Source: Bugula neritina
Lineage: Eukaryota > Animalia > Bryozoa
Assembly: GCA_964035545.1 (NCBI GenBank)
Contig: OZ037765.1
Span: forward strand, 34,806,080-34,870,079
Length of the DNA stretch: 64,000 nucleotides
Direction: 5' to 3'
Shown here piece after piece: positions 14,501 through 25,806 of this stretch (the first letter of the stretch is position 1; every line of letters starts with the position of its first letter). The notes below the pieces were generated by a model. That model had not been told where the DNA came from, did not search any database, and saw only the letters and a program-made list of their open reading frames with translations. The position numbers and the translations under genes were made by a program.

Positions 14501-15696
14501 TCCTCTGCCAGCTCCTGCTTCATTTTGATGGACGTCTCACTAACAGCTTTCTTGTTCTCAATAGGCTTGAAGGGAGACGACTTTTCTGCCTCTTTGATGG
14601 TGACATCGAAGGCCACAGCCCTGGGAGCTGGTGGTAGAACATACTTACTCAGCGTACATACTGTACTTACTCAGTGTATATACTGTACTTACTCAGTGTA
14701 TATACTGTACTTACTCAGTGTACATACTGTACTTACTCAGTGTACATACTGTACTTACTCAGCGTACATACTGTACTTACTCAGTGTATATACTGTACTT
14801 ACTCAGCGTACATACTGTACTTACTCAGTGTACATACTGTACTTACTCAGTGTACATACTGTACTTACTCAGTGTACATACTGTACTTACTCAGTGTACA
14901 TACTGTACTTACTCAGTGTACATACTGTACTTACTCAGCGTACATACTGTACTTACTCAGCGTACATACTGTACTTACTCAGCGTACATACTGTACTTAC
15001 TCAGCGTACATACTGTACTTACTCAGCGTACATACTGTACTTACTCAGCGTACATACTGTACTTACTCAGCGTACATACTGTACTTACTCAGCGTACATA
15101 CTGTACTTACTCAGCGTACATACTGTACTTACTCAGCGTACATACTGTACTTACTCAGTGTACATACTGTACTTACTCAGCGTACATACTGTACTTACTC
15201 AGCGTACATACTGTACTTACTCAGCGTACATACTGTACTTACTCAGCGTACATACTGTACTTACTCAGCGTACATACTGTACTTACTCAGTGTACATACT
15301 GTACTTACTCAGTGTACATACTGTACTTACTCAGTGTACATACTGTACTTACTCAGTGTACATACTGTACTTACTCAGCGTACATACTGTACTTACTCAG
15401 CGTACATACTACACACTGTGTTTATGAACACTGTTTTTGTGCATTTTATATGGAAAAGAAAAAAACTAGACAAAATAACTGGTTATCCATGAAAGAAATG
15501 TACACAACAATAAATGTCACCCTACTTAAGCAATTAATGCTTTTTGAACTACAAAAACTGTATTGTTAAATCTAACATATAAGAAGTATACTATTAAATA
15601 TAACATATGATAACTAAACAGATGATATGGAGAAGTTGTATAATGAATATATAGAGTTTATAGCCACTAACTTGAGGGGTTGCTGCTGGTGTCCAT
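8541..15696 (-). CDS. Stathmin-family protein with several tandem tubulin-binding repeats (exons 15696-15672, 14627-14491, 9616-9413, 9227-9087, 8859-8707, 8600-8541)
   Basis: In-frame splice model: MDTSSNPSTPRAVAFDVTI...SIKMKQELAEERRL-SLKSQ...EMNRQLLLEEKRKKIRERLENH / ...AEDRRNKQLSGLLERIKEH / ...NRQEQTNQLLERLKEH / AIHVQTVRKNK-stop. AF[DE]V, AEERR, NR..L..L.ERLKEH and VRKNK are stathmin hallmarks. The 9227 acceptor is the least certain boundary. Confidence 0.85.
8890..9070. repeat. 9-bp repeat (TACAGAGTA) in a stathmin intron
   Basis: Directly visible. Confidence 0.9.
9622..14182. repeat. Intronic minisatellite, 30-bp unit (TATAGTAGGTAATATACAGTAGTTACAGTG), about 150 copies
   Basis: Directly visible; source of the 1524-aa pseudo-ORF. 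Confidence 0.97.
14643..15410. repeat. Intronic minisatellite, 22-bp unit (TACTTACTCAGCGTACATACTG), about 35 copies
   Basis: Directly visible. Confidence 0.95.
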
Positions 15697-17570
15697 CCTA
15701 ACTGATACTTCTGAATGAAGGCTGCAAGGAGAAGAATGGCTCTAAACTCAATAGTAATTAGCAGAAGACAAAAACCTTTTGTTAGTCTATAGCAGCTGGT
15801 AAACAACAGAGAAATACAATTGCAAGTCTTCACTTCAACAATGCTGGTGATAAGTTTGATTGGCTGCAAAATGTAAATACACCTATTCAAATTTCCATAA
15901 ACAAAATACATATTTTGACAATGTACATTCATATTTGAATAAAATGACGTAGCAATGCAAAACTTGGACCCATAAACACTGGAAACCAGATACACCCAAA
16001 TGATATCACTGAGAACTTTCTAGAAGGACGAAGTTTCGCAAAAGCTGCATGCATGCAGCCTCCTATAAATGTAATAGCCACAGAATCTAAAACAAAACTA
16101 TTATAAGATGCAGGGCTGAACATTTGCTTACTTAAATAAATTATATTTTGGAGCTAAATTTCAACTAACACTCTCACCACAGCATAGCCTCCTATTGCAA
16201 ATATAGTTCAGTAACTGTCACTGATTACTAAAGTATTAATGCTAGTAGTGTTTATGTGCTTTTACTGACTACAAACTAATTACTCAACATTATTAATTTT
16301 AGATTTGTAAATAATCATAGGTGATAGCAAATTGATGATTATATTTGCCACAAATTCAATATGCTAAACCAGAACAATTACTGGACATTCTGTAGAATGA
16401 CAAAGGCGAAGAGTGTAAATTGTTGTATATTAAAAACTGTTTCAGTGTATTGAATTTATGAACTTAGAGTTTAAAACCAGAACATTAAGAAGAAATAGAA
16501 GATAACTGAAATCAGCAATATAAAGCAAAGGACTCTATACAAACTGACATGAACCAGTCATAAAAACACAAGTATTAGCAGCCGAAAAGACCACCCTGGA
16601 GACAAAGATTATCCTACATATTCACTACCATGCGTTTCAAATTATAGTATCTAAATTCACTTCTTGATTATCAGTCTTGATAATTGTGGTTTACAATAAA
16701 TGATTACTCACTATGAGTAATATCAATGCGACTTTCATTTTCAATTACAGTAACTATCAATTTTTAGCATTGTAAGTTATAATTATTAACAATAAAGATA
16801 AAATTCATTCGACGACTTACAATGACAATGTATGATGATGCAATCACAGTGTGTCATATAACTGATAAGTTCTAGTTCTCCAACCACAACAGAACTGTAA
16901 GTATAAATGTTACAGCCACAGGCAGAGTTTTAAAGTATTGGTATTTTTATCCATTATTTTTATTTGACCATTATAAACCTAATAAACTGCAAGTCATTGC
17001 TTTTTGCATTATAATTAAGATTCACTATACCAATATATTAATAATTCATTAATTGTCAAAATGAAAATGATAATCATCAAATATTATTATCATTAGTTTT
17101 ATGATTATTAAATTTAATTTAAATTGATATAAAAATTTAAATTATTATTATAATACACATTTTACAAAATTCTTAAATTTGTAATTTATCAACTATATTT
17201 ACATTAATGATTAGAATACTAATATACTTGAAGTTCAACTTCAAATCATTAAGATATTCATAGTGATAATCATAATGATTATCATAATTAATATTAATTA
17301 TTATTAACTCAATGATTTAAATTAAAATACTAATTACTAGAAGTCAAAGTAAAACTAAATAATTACATTTACAATATTAATATTATTATTAATAACGGAC
17401 ATGTGATAATCATTATCATTATGATTATGTAATGTATGTCAATGTTGAGTTTATAATACAATGTGTTACTGTTAGTGACACTGCGACTGTAAAATAGCTT
17501 CTTGCAAAGCTTTAACGATTTAAAATTATCTAATGCCAATAGAGTTATTCATAGCCAACACTCTCATTAC

Positions 17571-17745
17571 CTGATTTAGTCAAGGAACTGGAAAATACTT
17601 TTTCTAGTCACTTCTAGTTCTAGTTCAGTGGTTTTAGTCCTCAACAGTTGAAGTTCGTACGCGGACCAAAGGTGACCAATGATTAGCGCTTAAATGTAAC
17701 ACATGACCGGACTGCTGCTTGACACGTGACAGAAAGTACACGTGG
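17571..17745 (-). promoter_or_regulatory. Putative stathmin 5' UTR exon and promoter
   Basis: Minus-strand donor CAG/GTAATG at 17570; local CpG-containing patch with CCAAT and two CACGTG boxes (17723, 17739) in very AT-rich surroundings. Inference only. Confidence 0.35.
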
Positions 17746-18254
17746 AGTTGCTTTCCTTATTATACATATAACTATGACTCTTCAAAAGATGTTCAATCTT
17801 TTCAGAGTGAGAGCCACTGAAATGGAATATTCCGGACATCATAAAATTTAGTTTTAGCTGCAAACCACAGCATCAGCTTTTTTGAATTACTTAAATTCCT
17901 ATGAATCATTTATATACAATAAAGTCCCAATAAATACTGCAGGCTGCATGTTTTGTAGCAAGGTATTTAAAAGGGTTTTTTCTGTTCTAATTCATATTTA
18001 CATGTACAGAACAACTTTATGTGTGATGCCTTTAACAGGCGACCCCAGGCCCAGAAGTGGCCCTCAGCCTACATCTATGTTGCCCTCAAACAGCCCTGCT
18101 TCAAAGCCATACTCAACAGCTAGGATGTATACAATTTAGGAAAAAACTTTGAAATAATGAAAATTAAAATATTTTTATATTTTTATACTTGTTTGACAAA
18201 TTTTGACTAAACTATTGGCTCTACATAAATACGGCTTTACGATGTGCTGAGATT

Positions 18255-18790
18255 AGAGTAGAGGGTAGAGTAGAGACTAGAGTAGAGGGTAGAGTAGAGG
18301 GTAGAGTAGAGGGTAGAGTAGAGGGTAGAGTAGATAGTAGAGTAGAGGGTAGAGTAGAGGGTAGAGTAGAGGGTAGAGGGTAGAGTAGAGGGTAGAGTAG
18401 AGGGTAGAGTAGAGGATAGAGTAGAGACTAGAGTAGAGGGTAGAGTAGAGACTAGAGTAGAGGGTAGAGTAGAGGGTAGAGTAGAGGGTAGAGGGGAGAG
18501 TAGAGGGTAGAGTAGATAGTAGAGTAGAGGGTAGAGTAGAGGGTAGAGTAGAGGGTAGAGGGGAGAGTAGAGGGTAGAGTAGAGGGTAGAGGGGAGAGTA
18601 GAGTAGAGGGTAGAGTAGAAGGTAGAGGGGAGAGTAGAGGGTAGAGTAGAAGGTAGAGGGTAGAGTAGAGGGTAGAGTAGAGGGTAGAGGGTAGAGTAGA
18701 TAGTAGAGTAGAGGGTAGAGTAGAAGGTAGAGAGTAGAGTAGAGGGTAGAGTAGATAGTAGAGTAGAGGGTAGAGCAGAGGGTAGAGTAA
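18255..18790. repeat. Purine-rich simple repeat (GAGTA/GAGGGTA)n
   Basis: Directly visible. Confidence 0.93.
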
Positions 18791-18799
18791 AGGGTTTAG

Positions 18800-18894
18800 A
18801 CTATAGAGTAGATGGCGGAGAGACGGGTACATATGACTTCATGTTTATTGATGCTGATAAGAAGAGTTATGATACGTATTATGAACAGGGACTG
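18800..18894 (+). pseudogene. Orphan exon fragment of a COMTD1/CCoAOMT-type O-methyltransferase
   Basis: After a TTTAG acceptor it translates [31 protein letters not shown], matching the family motif GT[FY]DxxFIDADKxxYxxYYE. It is cut by the LINE tail and I found no other exons. Confidence 0.7.
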
Positions 18895-19492
18895 TGTGTG
18901 TGTGTCAGCAATCCCTCGTGTGACGAGTATGATGTCTGCTTGCAAGCCCTAGTCTGTGCCGTGATCCGTAATCCGTTTCAGTTCGAAAATCCGTAAAATC
19001 GTACTAGAGGTTGTGAGCTCTGAGGTGACTCACAAGCCCAATTCGAGATCGGCATAATTTGCCACAGTGAGGACAAATGTTACTAGAGTCAGTCACTGGT
19101 GGGTGTGTAACAGAGCATAACTCCCTGCTTTTCCTTAACAACCGTTTGTGCTCTCGTTTTTGGCGTTGTTGTTGTTCAAAAATCGCTGTCCCTTGATGCA
19201 CAACAGTTCTCCAATTTTTTCTGTCCAAGGCCTGAACTTCCCAGGTCTGTGGTCGAATAAAACACTGCTTAAGGCTCTCGTGTAGAGTGTCTTTATACCT
19301 TTTCCTCTGACCACCCTGTGAACGATTTCCAGTGTTCAGCTCAGAGTACATGATCTTTTTTGGTAGCCGGTTATCATCCATTCTTACCACATGGCCAGAC
19401 CACTTCAGTTGTCTCTTCACAATCATGGTAGTAATACTTGTAGTTTGCGCTTTATCGAGGACACTGTTAGTAGTCTGCCTGTCTTGCCAGTT
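18893..19492 (-). mobile_element. 5'-truncated RTE-type LINE (3' end) with (CA)n tail
   Basis: ORF 19004-19426: QLKWSGHVVRMDDNRLPKKIMYSEL..G.R..GGQRKRYKD and C-terminal C2H2 finger CPHCGKLC..RIGLVSHLRAH. Confidence 0.9.
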
Positions 19493-21958
19493 TCGTCAGG
19501 GGGAATCATCGCTGTTGATAATGCTAGTCTTATAGCAAATATTTGCGTCCATTGAGTAATAAATATTATATTTTTGCATTATAAACTTCTGCCAGAATAC
19601 ATTTAAATACAATCCTACTGTAGAAGGCGGTGTCCAGTTCAAATGGCACAGGTAATAAATAATAGCACAGGTAATAATGGCACAAGTAATAATGGCACTT
19701 CGGCTAGAGTACAGTTAACTAAAATCATGTACTGAGGAAGGCATAGTAATAAAAATTAAGCTACACAATATTTAAGCTCTATCACTAACAATACAGTGTT
19801 TTTCTGTTTTAAAATTATTCTCCCAAGTTAGCTCTACACATTATTTATATGAACAGTTTCACTGTAAAGTAGGTATAACGTATTGCTGTACAGGAGGTGA
19901 TAACTCCAACTTATTCATTGACACGGATCTCTCAGGGAACAAACCCTTGTAATATATGAAAGGAGATGTTGAAGTACACTATGCTGTAGCTGTGAGAGAA
20001 AGCTACCATAACACTCCTTAACCAAATTATAGAACATTTACCATACAAGTATACTAGGCACACTAGTTTTAATTAATTAAAAAAACTTTGTATTTATGAT
20101 AGGAGGCCAAGAATTGTCACCTAGCAACCAGTAAACAAATATGCAATGGATAGTATCCTACATTAACACAACTTAGATGACATTTGCCCTTCCTGACATG
20201 CTCAATGGCCCTACCAGACTTGGTATACACTAGGACGGTGCTCTAACCAATAGACTACAGGTGCTCCCTGCAACACTAATTAAATTAAATATTATGGAAC
20301 TTAGGCTATACAAGAGACTTTTTAGACAGCTGGTCTGTTTGTATGCAGCATGCTTGCTATCTTCAGACTTTATTTATGATTATTGGTATTACAGTAGTTT
20401 ATGTAATAAGAAAGTAATAATCTACCTGAGAGTTATAATACCTGTGAAACAACACCCTGAGTCATGGTTTCAACGTGTGACTAAACACACTTCTATTCAT
20501 AATACTGAGAATTCTCACAACACGACTTTATTTTTTTAAATATGATGACACGTGTTTACTGAGGAATAAATTAAACAAAGCTAATTACATAAATTGTCTT
20601 ATTTTGGTTCTATTGATTGTAATACTTGGAAACTGCTGAAGAAATAAACATAAAATAAAGAAGTTATGTTGGTTAAGAAAAAAATGAAGCAAATATTTTT
20701 TTATTCAAATCACAGAAATTATTAGAAACAATATAAAAAACAACAAATTTAGAAACCATATAAAATCATAAGCATATGACAAGTCTGTTTATAGTTAATA
20801 TGGCAGGTCTGTGTCCGTTGCGTTGTAGCCACGTGCAGTGCTGCAGACGTCACTCGCCGTAGAAGCTCCCTGCTATGAGAAAGTGAAGACAGGATTCCTA
20901 AGGTGAGTGAGGCTACGTTAGTACTTTTATAGTTTGCTACACAATAAATGTAAAACTTTCAACTTACCAAAAGCAACCCTTCAGAGTTTGCAGAATTTTG
21001 TCATTTATTTGAAATTGAAATATGAATGGTTTAGTTTGGAGTTAGTTTGATATTATAGTGTGCAGAAAATCAATGAAACCCTTTAGTTTTTCTTTTACAT
21101 GATTTGCTGAGTTTTCTTTTGTATTCCTATAATAAAATTTTCTTAATAGAGGCCCCAACACCTCCTCAATTTGCTATTAAAAGGTGTTTCCTCCTGGTAG
21201 AGATTTAGTTAAACAATAATGATATAGAGAGCAAACTATAATAACTAACTCTCTTGTAAAATTTAAGTCAGTATTATACTTCGATTGAACTTTTTAATTG
21301 GGAATTTCTTAGAAATGCGTAATTGAATTCAATGGCAGACAACTCCCACAGTGAGTGCCATATTAGCTAAATACTTGCAGCTGCTAGAAGCACTTGTCAC
21401 ATGCCTCTGATTTTGTTATGATGTGTAATTCTTCATCTTTGTGTGACTAATACATATATAACTTCTTTGTGTGTTTTTCTGCGTTTACCTTCAAAAAGCT
21501 TATATAGGCATATTTATACCTATAGTGGTTGTGTACACTGTAAAATAATTAGGTTATTAGAATTGCATAATTTTTAAATAAAATTTAACAAAAATATATC
21601 CTAGCTTTAGATAATAGGATAAAATAGCTGTCTGTTTACTTAAATATAATTCACCAAACTTAGTCACTGTAACTTAAAAGTAAAAATATGGCGTGGTTAA
21701 TTTCATGCTATATATAGGTATGGCCATCCCAGGTGTAGTTCAGTAACTGTAAAGGCAGGTAACAGCATGAGTCTATCTAATGGTTATGATATACTATCAC
21801 AGCTACCAAATTATTCTCATGTATAAATTCATGGATGCCACTGCATTCAGCTATCCAGCTATTATATATAGGCAGTAGCTGCTGCCAACCACAATGTTCC
21901 TGTTGGCTATTTGCCAAATGTAATTCGTAAACTAGTTCAGAGTATATAGAATAATGTA

Positions 21959-21959
<1 letters not shown>

Positions 21960-21997
<38 letters not shown>

Positions 21998-23218
21998 TAT
22001 TACATATCACAAACATGACAACACGTTGCAAAATTCAGTGTAAATACTGGCTATAATAAGTAGGAATGAACAAAAATAAGAGAAAAAATCAAAACTCTGT
22101 TGGATTATTTAAAATAAAAGCTCATTTAAAGTATTTACAAGATGTCGCAAGAAGCTATCTCTGCCCCATGCCCCTCTATATTTGATGGTTCGATATCTTC
22201 CAGAAGGGCATTGACTAAGAAAGTTATTGATGAAATGGTCATTGTCTGTTATATATTTGATGGCAAGTTCTTTAGTGAGTTTCTGAATGTGCAAATCAAT
22301 GTTTAGATACTTAATTCCGAGTTTTGAGCAATCTTTGAGAATTCTTCGAATAGCCTTTTTATCACTGGCATAGATACAAGTAAAAATAGTAGGTAGACAA
22401 TAGGCGATGCGGGACATGATGAAACTTTTGAATAGCATATTTGCTAGAGGTTTAGAGCTAAGATACGCAAAATTCTTCACAATATACATTCTTCTTGATG
22501 CTGTTGTTACTACTGATTGTACATGTTCATGAAATCTCAAATTCTGATCCACTAACACACCAAGATATCTCACTTTTTCAGACAATACAATGTTTGTTCC
22601 ATTCAATACGAGAGTAGGGGTATGAGGTTTAGCACGTTGGGTTGAGAACATCATTTCTTTGGTCTTGCTAGGGTTTAATAATAGATTTAAATCATCACAT
22701 TGCTTAGAAATTCTTTTAATCTCATCAAAGTAAATACTTAGATCAGACTGTTTGCCAATGCAGCCAATAATGCAAGTGTCATCTGCATATTTAATTACAG
22801 TGATGTTGCTCTGGCTTGAGGTAATCCTATTAGTGTAGATAGAAAACAATAGTGGAGATAAACAGCACCCTTGGGGAGTTCCTGTGTTAGTTATGATTGG
22901 ATTTGATGTTATGCCATCCACTACTGTGCGCTGTACTCTGTTTGTAAGAAAGCTGTAAATCCACTCAGTAACATTGGAGTCAAGATGAGTTAGTTGCGTA
23001 ATGAGGTCTGGAATAGATATAGTATTGAATGCAGAAGAGAAGTCTAGAAAGAGGCACCTTGCGTAATTGGATGCTTTCTTATCAATGAAACTTGTCACAG
23101 TTGTAGTTAGACATAACAGCGCATCTTGTGTAGAGCGATTTGTACAATATGCGAACTGATATTTGTCCATAGGTGTATGAGTTATAATGTAGTGTTTGAT
23201 GAGCCTTTCCAAGACTTG
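21960..23218 (-). mobile_element. 5'-truncated non-LTR retrotransposon (CR1/L2/Rex-like RT) with (CAAT)n tail
   Basis: ORF 22109-23212 with QFAY, LDFSSAFNTI, GTPQGCCLSPLLF, YADD, YLG motifs; microsatellite tail at 21960-21997. Confidence 0.9.
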
Positions 23219-23807
23219 AAGGAATTCTGATATTATTTCTACTCAGTAACTCTGTCTCTGCACGATACCAAGTCCTGTCTGACTGTATTGTAGAATACAT
23301 ACACAGCCTAATTGAGGTCATTCTAAGTCATTCTCAAAACTTGTAGTCCTTTCATGTAGCTAATCTATGGGTGGTGTGCATACTTTTCATTATTTGAAGG
23401 CAGTTAAAATATGAACAATAAAATTTTTTGTAACTAAGGCTGTACTTCTTTCAAATATAACCACAATTCACTCAGTGTGAGAATGCTACAGGCCAATCTA
23501 GGGGTATGATACTTCAGCACATGACTATGATAGTGTCACACCTACAAAACTATTCTCATGAATAAATTGATGTATTATTTATAGACACTGCCAATGCATC
23601 TATCACAAACTATTATACTCACTAGTAGGCAGTAGTTTTCCTGTTGGCTAATTGCCAAATGTAATTTATAAACTATACCGAAGAACATAAAACCATTTAT
23701 ATAACTCCGCCCAACCTATCACATGGTCATGTAAACCTGTTCATATTCCTAGTAGCTGGAGTATAAAACTAGGAATTATTGACTAAAAATTGTTGAGAAA
23801 ATCCATT

Positions 23808-24362
23808 AGCTTGTACCTTTCTCATCATAGTGAGAAGTTAGTATATTATCTTGTACCTTTCTCATCATAGTGAGATGTTAGTCTATTATCTTGTACCTTT
23901 CTCATCATAGTGAGAAGTTAGTATATTATCTTATACCTTTCTCATCATAGTGAGAAGTTAGTATTTTATCTTGTACCTTTCTCATTATAGTGAGAAGTTA
24001 GTATATTATCTTGTCCCTTTCTCATCATAGTGAGAAGTTAGTATTTTATCTTGTACCTTTCTCATTATAGTGAGAAGTTAGTATGTTATCTTGTCACTTT
24101 CTCATCATAGTGAGAAGTTAGTCTATTATATTGTACCTTTCTCATCATAGTGAGAAGTTAGTATTTTATCTTGTACCTTTCTCATCATAGTGAGAAGTTA
24201 GTATATTATCTTGTACCTTTCTCATCATAGTGAGAAGTTAGTCTATTATCTTGTACCTTTCTCATCATAGTGAGAAGCTAGTATATTAGCTTGTACCTTT
24301 CTCATCATAGTGAGAAGTTAGTATATTATCTTGTACCTTTCTCATCATAGTGAGAAGTTAGT
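23808..24362. repeat. 40-bp minisatellite, about 14 copies, with internal hairpin TTCTCA-N7-TGAGAA
   Basis: Directly visible. Confidence 0.93.
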
Positions 24363-24541
24363 GAAGTAAGTTTACTGAGGATATTATGTAACATATGCAG
24401 GTGGTGAAGAGTATCACCTGAGGTTGATGACTTCATTCTACTTCACTGCAGGTACAGGTTATTTTAAATTGTGACTCTAGCTAACAGTAAAACTAACAGT
24501 AACTGACAGTGACAGTGACTAACAAGTTAGTTCATTTGTTG

Positions 24542-24700
24542 AGGTAGGTGCAGTAATGGAGAAATTGAGAAAAGCATGTGTTCTAGATTAAAAATGTAGC
24601 AAAAGAAGTTTTGTTCTCGTGAGAAATTCAACCCGCACCCCAAACCAAAATTTTACAATAAAATAAAAAATTTTAAGCTTTCTCAATTTCTCCACTGCTT
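24542..24700 (+). mobile_element. MITE-like element (about 155 bp), copy 1
   Basis: TIR-like ends GCAGTAATGGAGAAATTGAGA ... TCTCAATTTCTCCACTGC; an inverted second copy lies at 25920-26068. Confidence 0.6.
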
Positions 24701-24799
24701 GTAAATGCATTTGTTGTAAAGATGATGTGTCTGGGTTTCAAAGGTCACAGAATATGAGTGTGCTGTTAGCTTATAGTGGAAACTGCTAAAACATGCTAT

Positions 24800-25035
24800 A
24801 ACAGGTGGTTGTGAGGAACAGGTGGTTGTGAGGAACAGGTGGTTGTGAGGAACAGGTGGTCGCGTGAGGAAAAGGTGGTCGCGTGAGGAAAAGGTGGTCG
24901 CGTGAGGAAAAGGTGGTCGCGTGAGGAAAAGGTGGTCGCGTGAGGAAAAGGTGGTCGCGTGAGGAAAAGGTGGTCGCGTGAGGAACAGGTGGTTGTGAGG
25001 TACAGGTGGTTATGAGGTACAGGTGGTTGTTAGGA
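24800..25035. repeat. 17/19-bp tandem repeat (GTGAGGAACAGGTGGTT / GTGAGGAAAAGGTGGTCGC)
   Basis: Directly visible. Confidence 0.9.
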
Positions 25036-25625
25036 AAGATTTGAGTTCATAGCAGATAAAGTATTTACAGTATTTAATTATATCTTATAACTAACATTTC
25101 ATTACTTGTAGATGTTTCTGTTATGATAACTTACCTACAGGGAAGTGCAGAATAATATACAATGATACATCCCTGTGTGTATGGAGCTCATATTCAGAGT
25201 TGATTGTTACTCTCTACTATACAGTAACTTGGTGAGTAAATCGATATGATTATTATTATATTATACATTACTTAGAACTAGTTCAGAGTATATAGAATAA
25301 TGTGATTGACTGTTACTCTCTACTATACAGTAACCTGGTGAGTAAGTCAATTTGATTATTATTATATTATACATATTCTACACTTTAACGTACTGTTACT
25401 AACTACTGTAGTTGTCTCACCATGATCTTATACACTCCTATGTTGATTGATAACTCATAATTATTGTGAGGATTCTAATAAAAACTGGTATGGTATTTAA
25501 ATATTATAGTAAAAGAAAGTTGACTCATTATTTAGTAGATCTGGTTTAAAATACATTGTCATGGTTGTTACAGATGAGAATGAAGACTATTGAATACAAC
25601 TAGAGCTGTAACCTGTGACTACAGG

Positions 25626-25806
25626 ATGGGTCAACGTAAATCTCGACCTCAGCCTACACCTGCACCTCGAACTCCACCTACACCCCCACCTCCACTTACA
25701 CCTACATCTAGACCTGCACTTAGACCTAGACCTACCCCTGCACCTCAACCTCCACCTACACCTCGAACTCTACCAACACCTACATCTAGATCTCAACCTA
25801 CACCTG
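25626..25806 (+). CDS. First coding exon of the LRR-Roc-COR-caspase gene: MGQRKS plus Pro/Thr-rich stalk
   Basis: ATG at 25626, donor G/GTTAGT at 25807; phase 1 fits the next exon. Confidence 0.7.

Noticed and set aside
14474-15569. Three overlapping ORFs of about 300 aa
   Set aside because: The 22-bp stop-free repeat unit gives the same peptide in all three frames.
21300-21309. NF-kB-like site GGGAATTTCT
   Set aside because: A single imperfect match, expected by chance.
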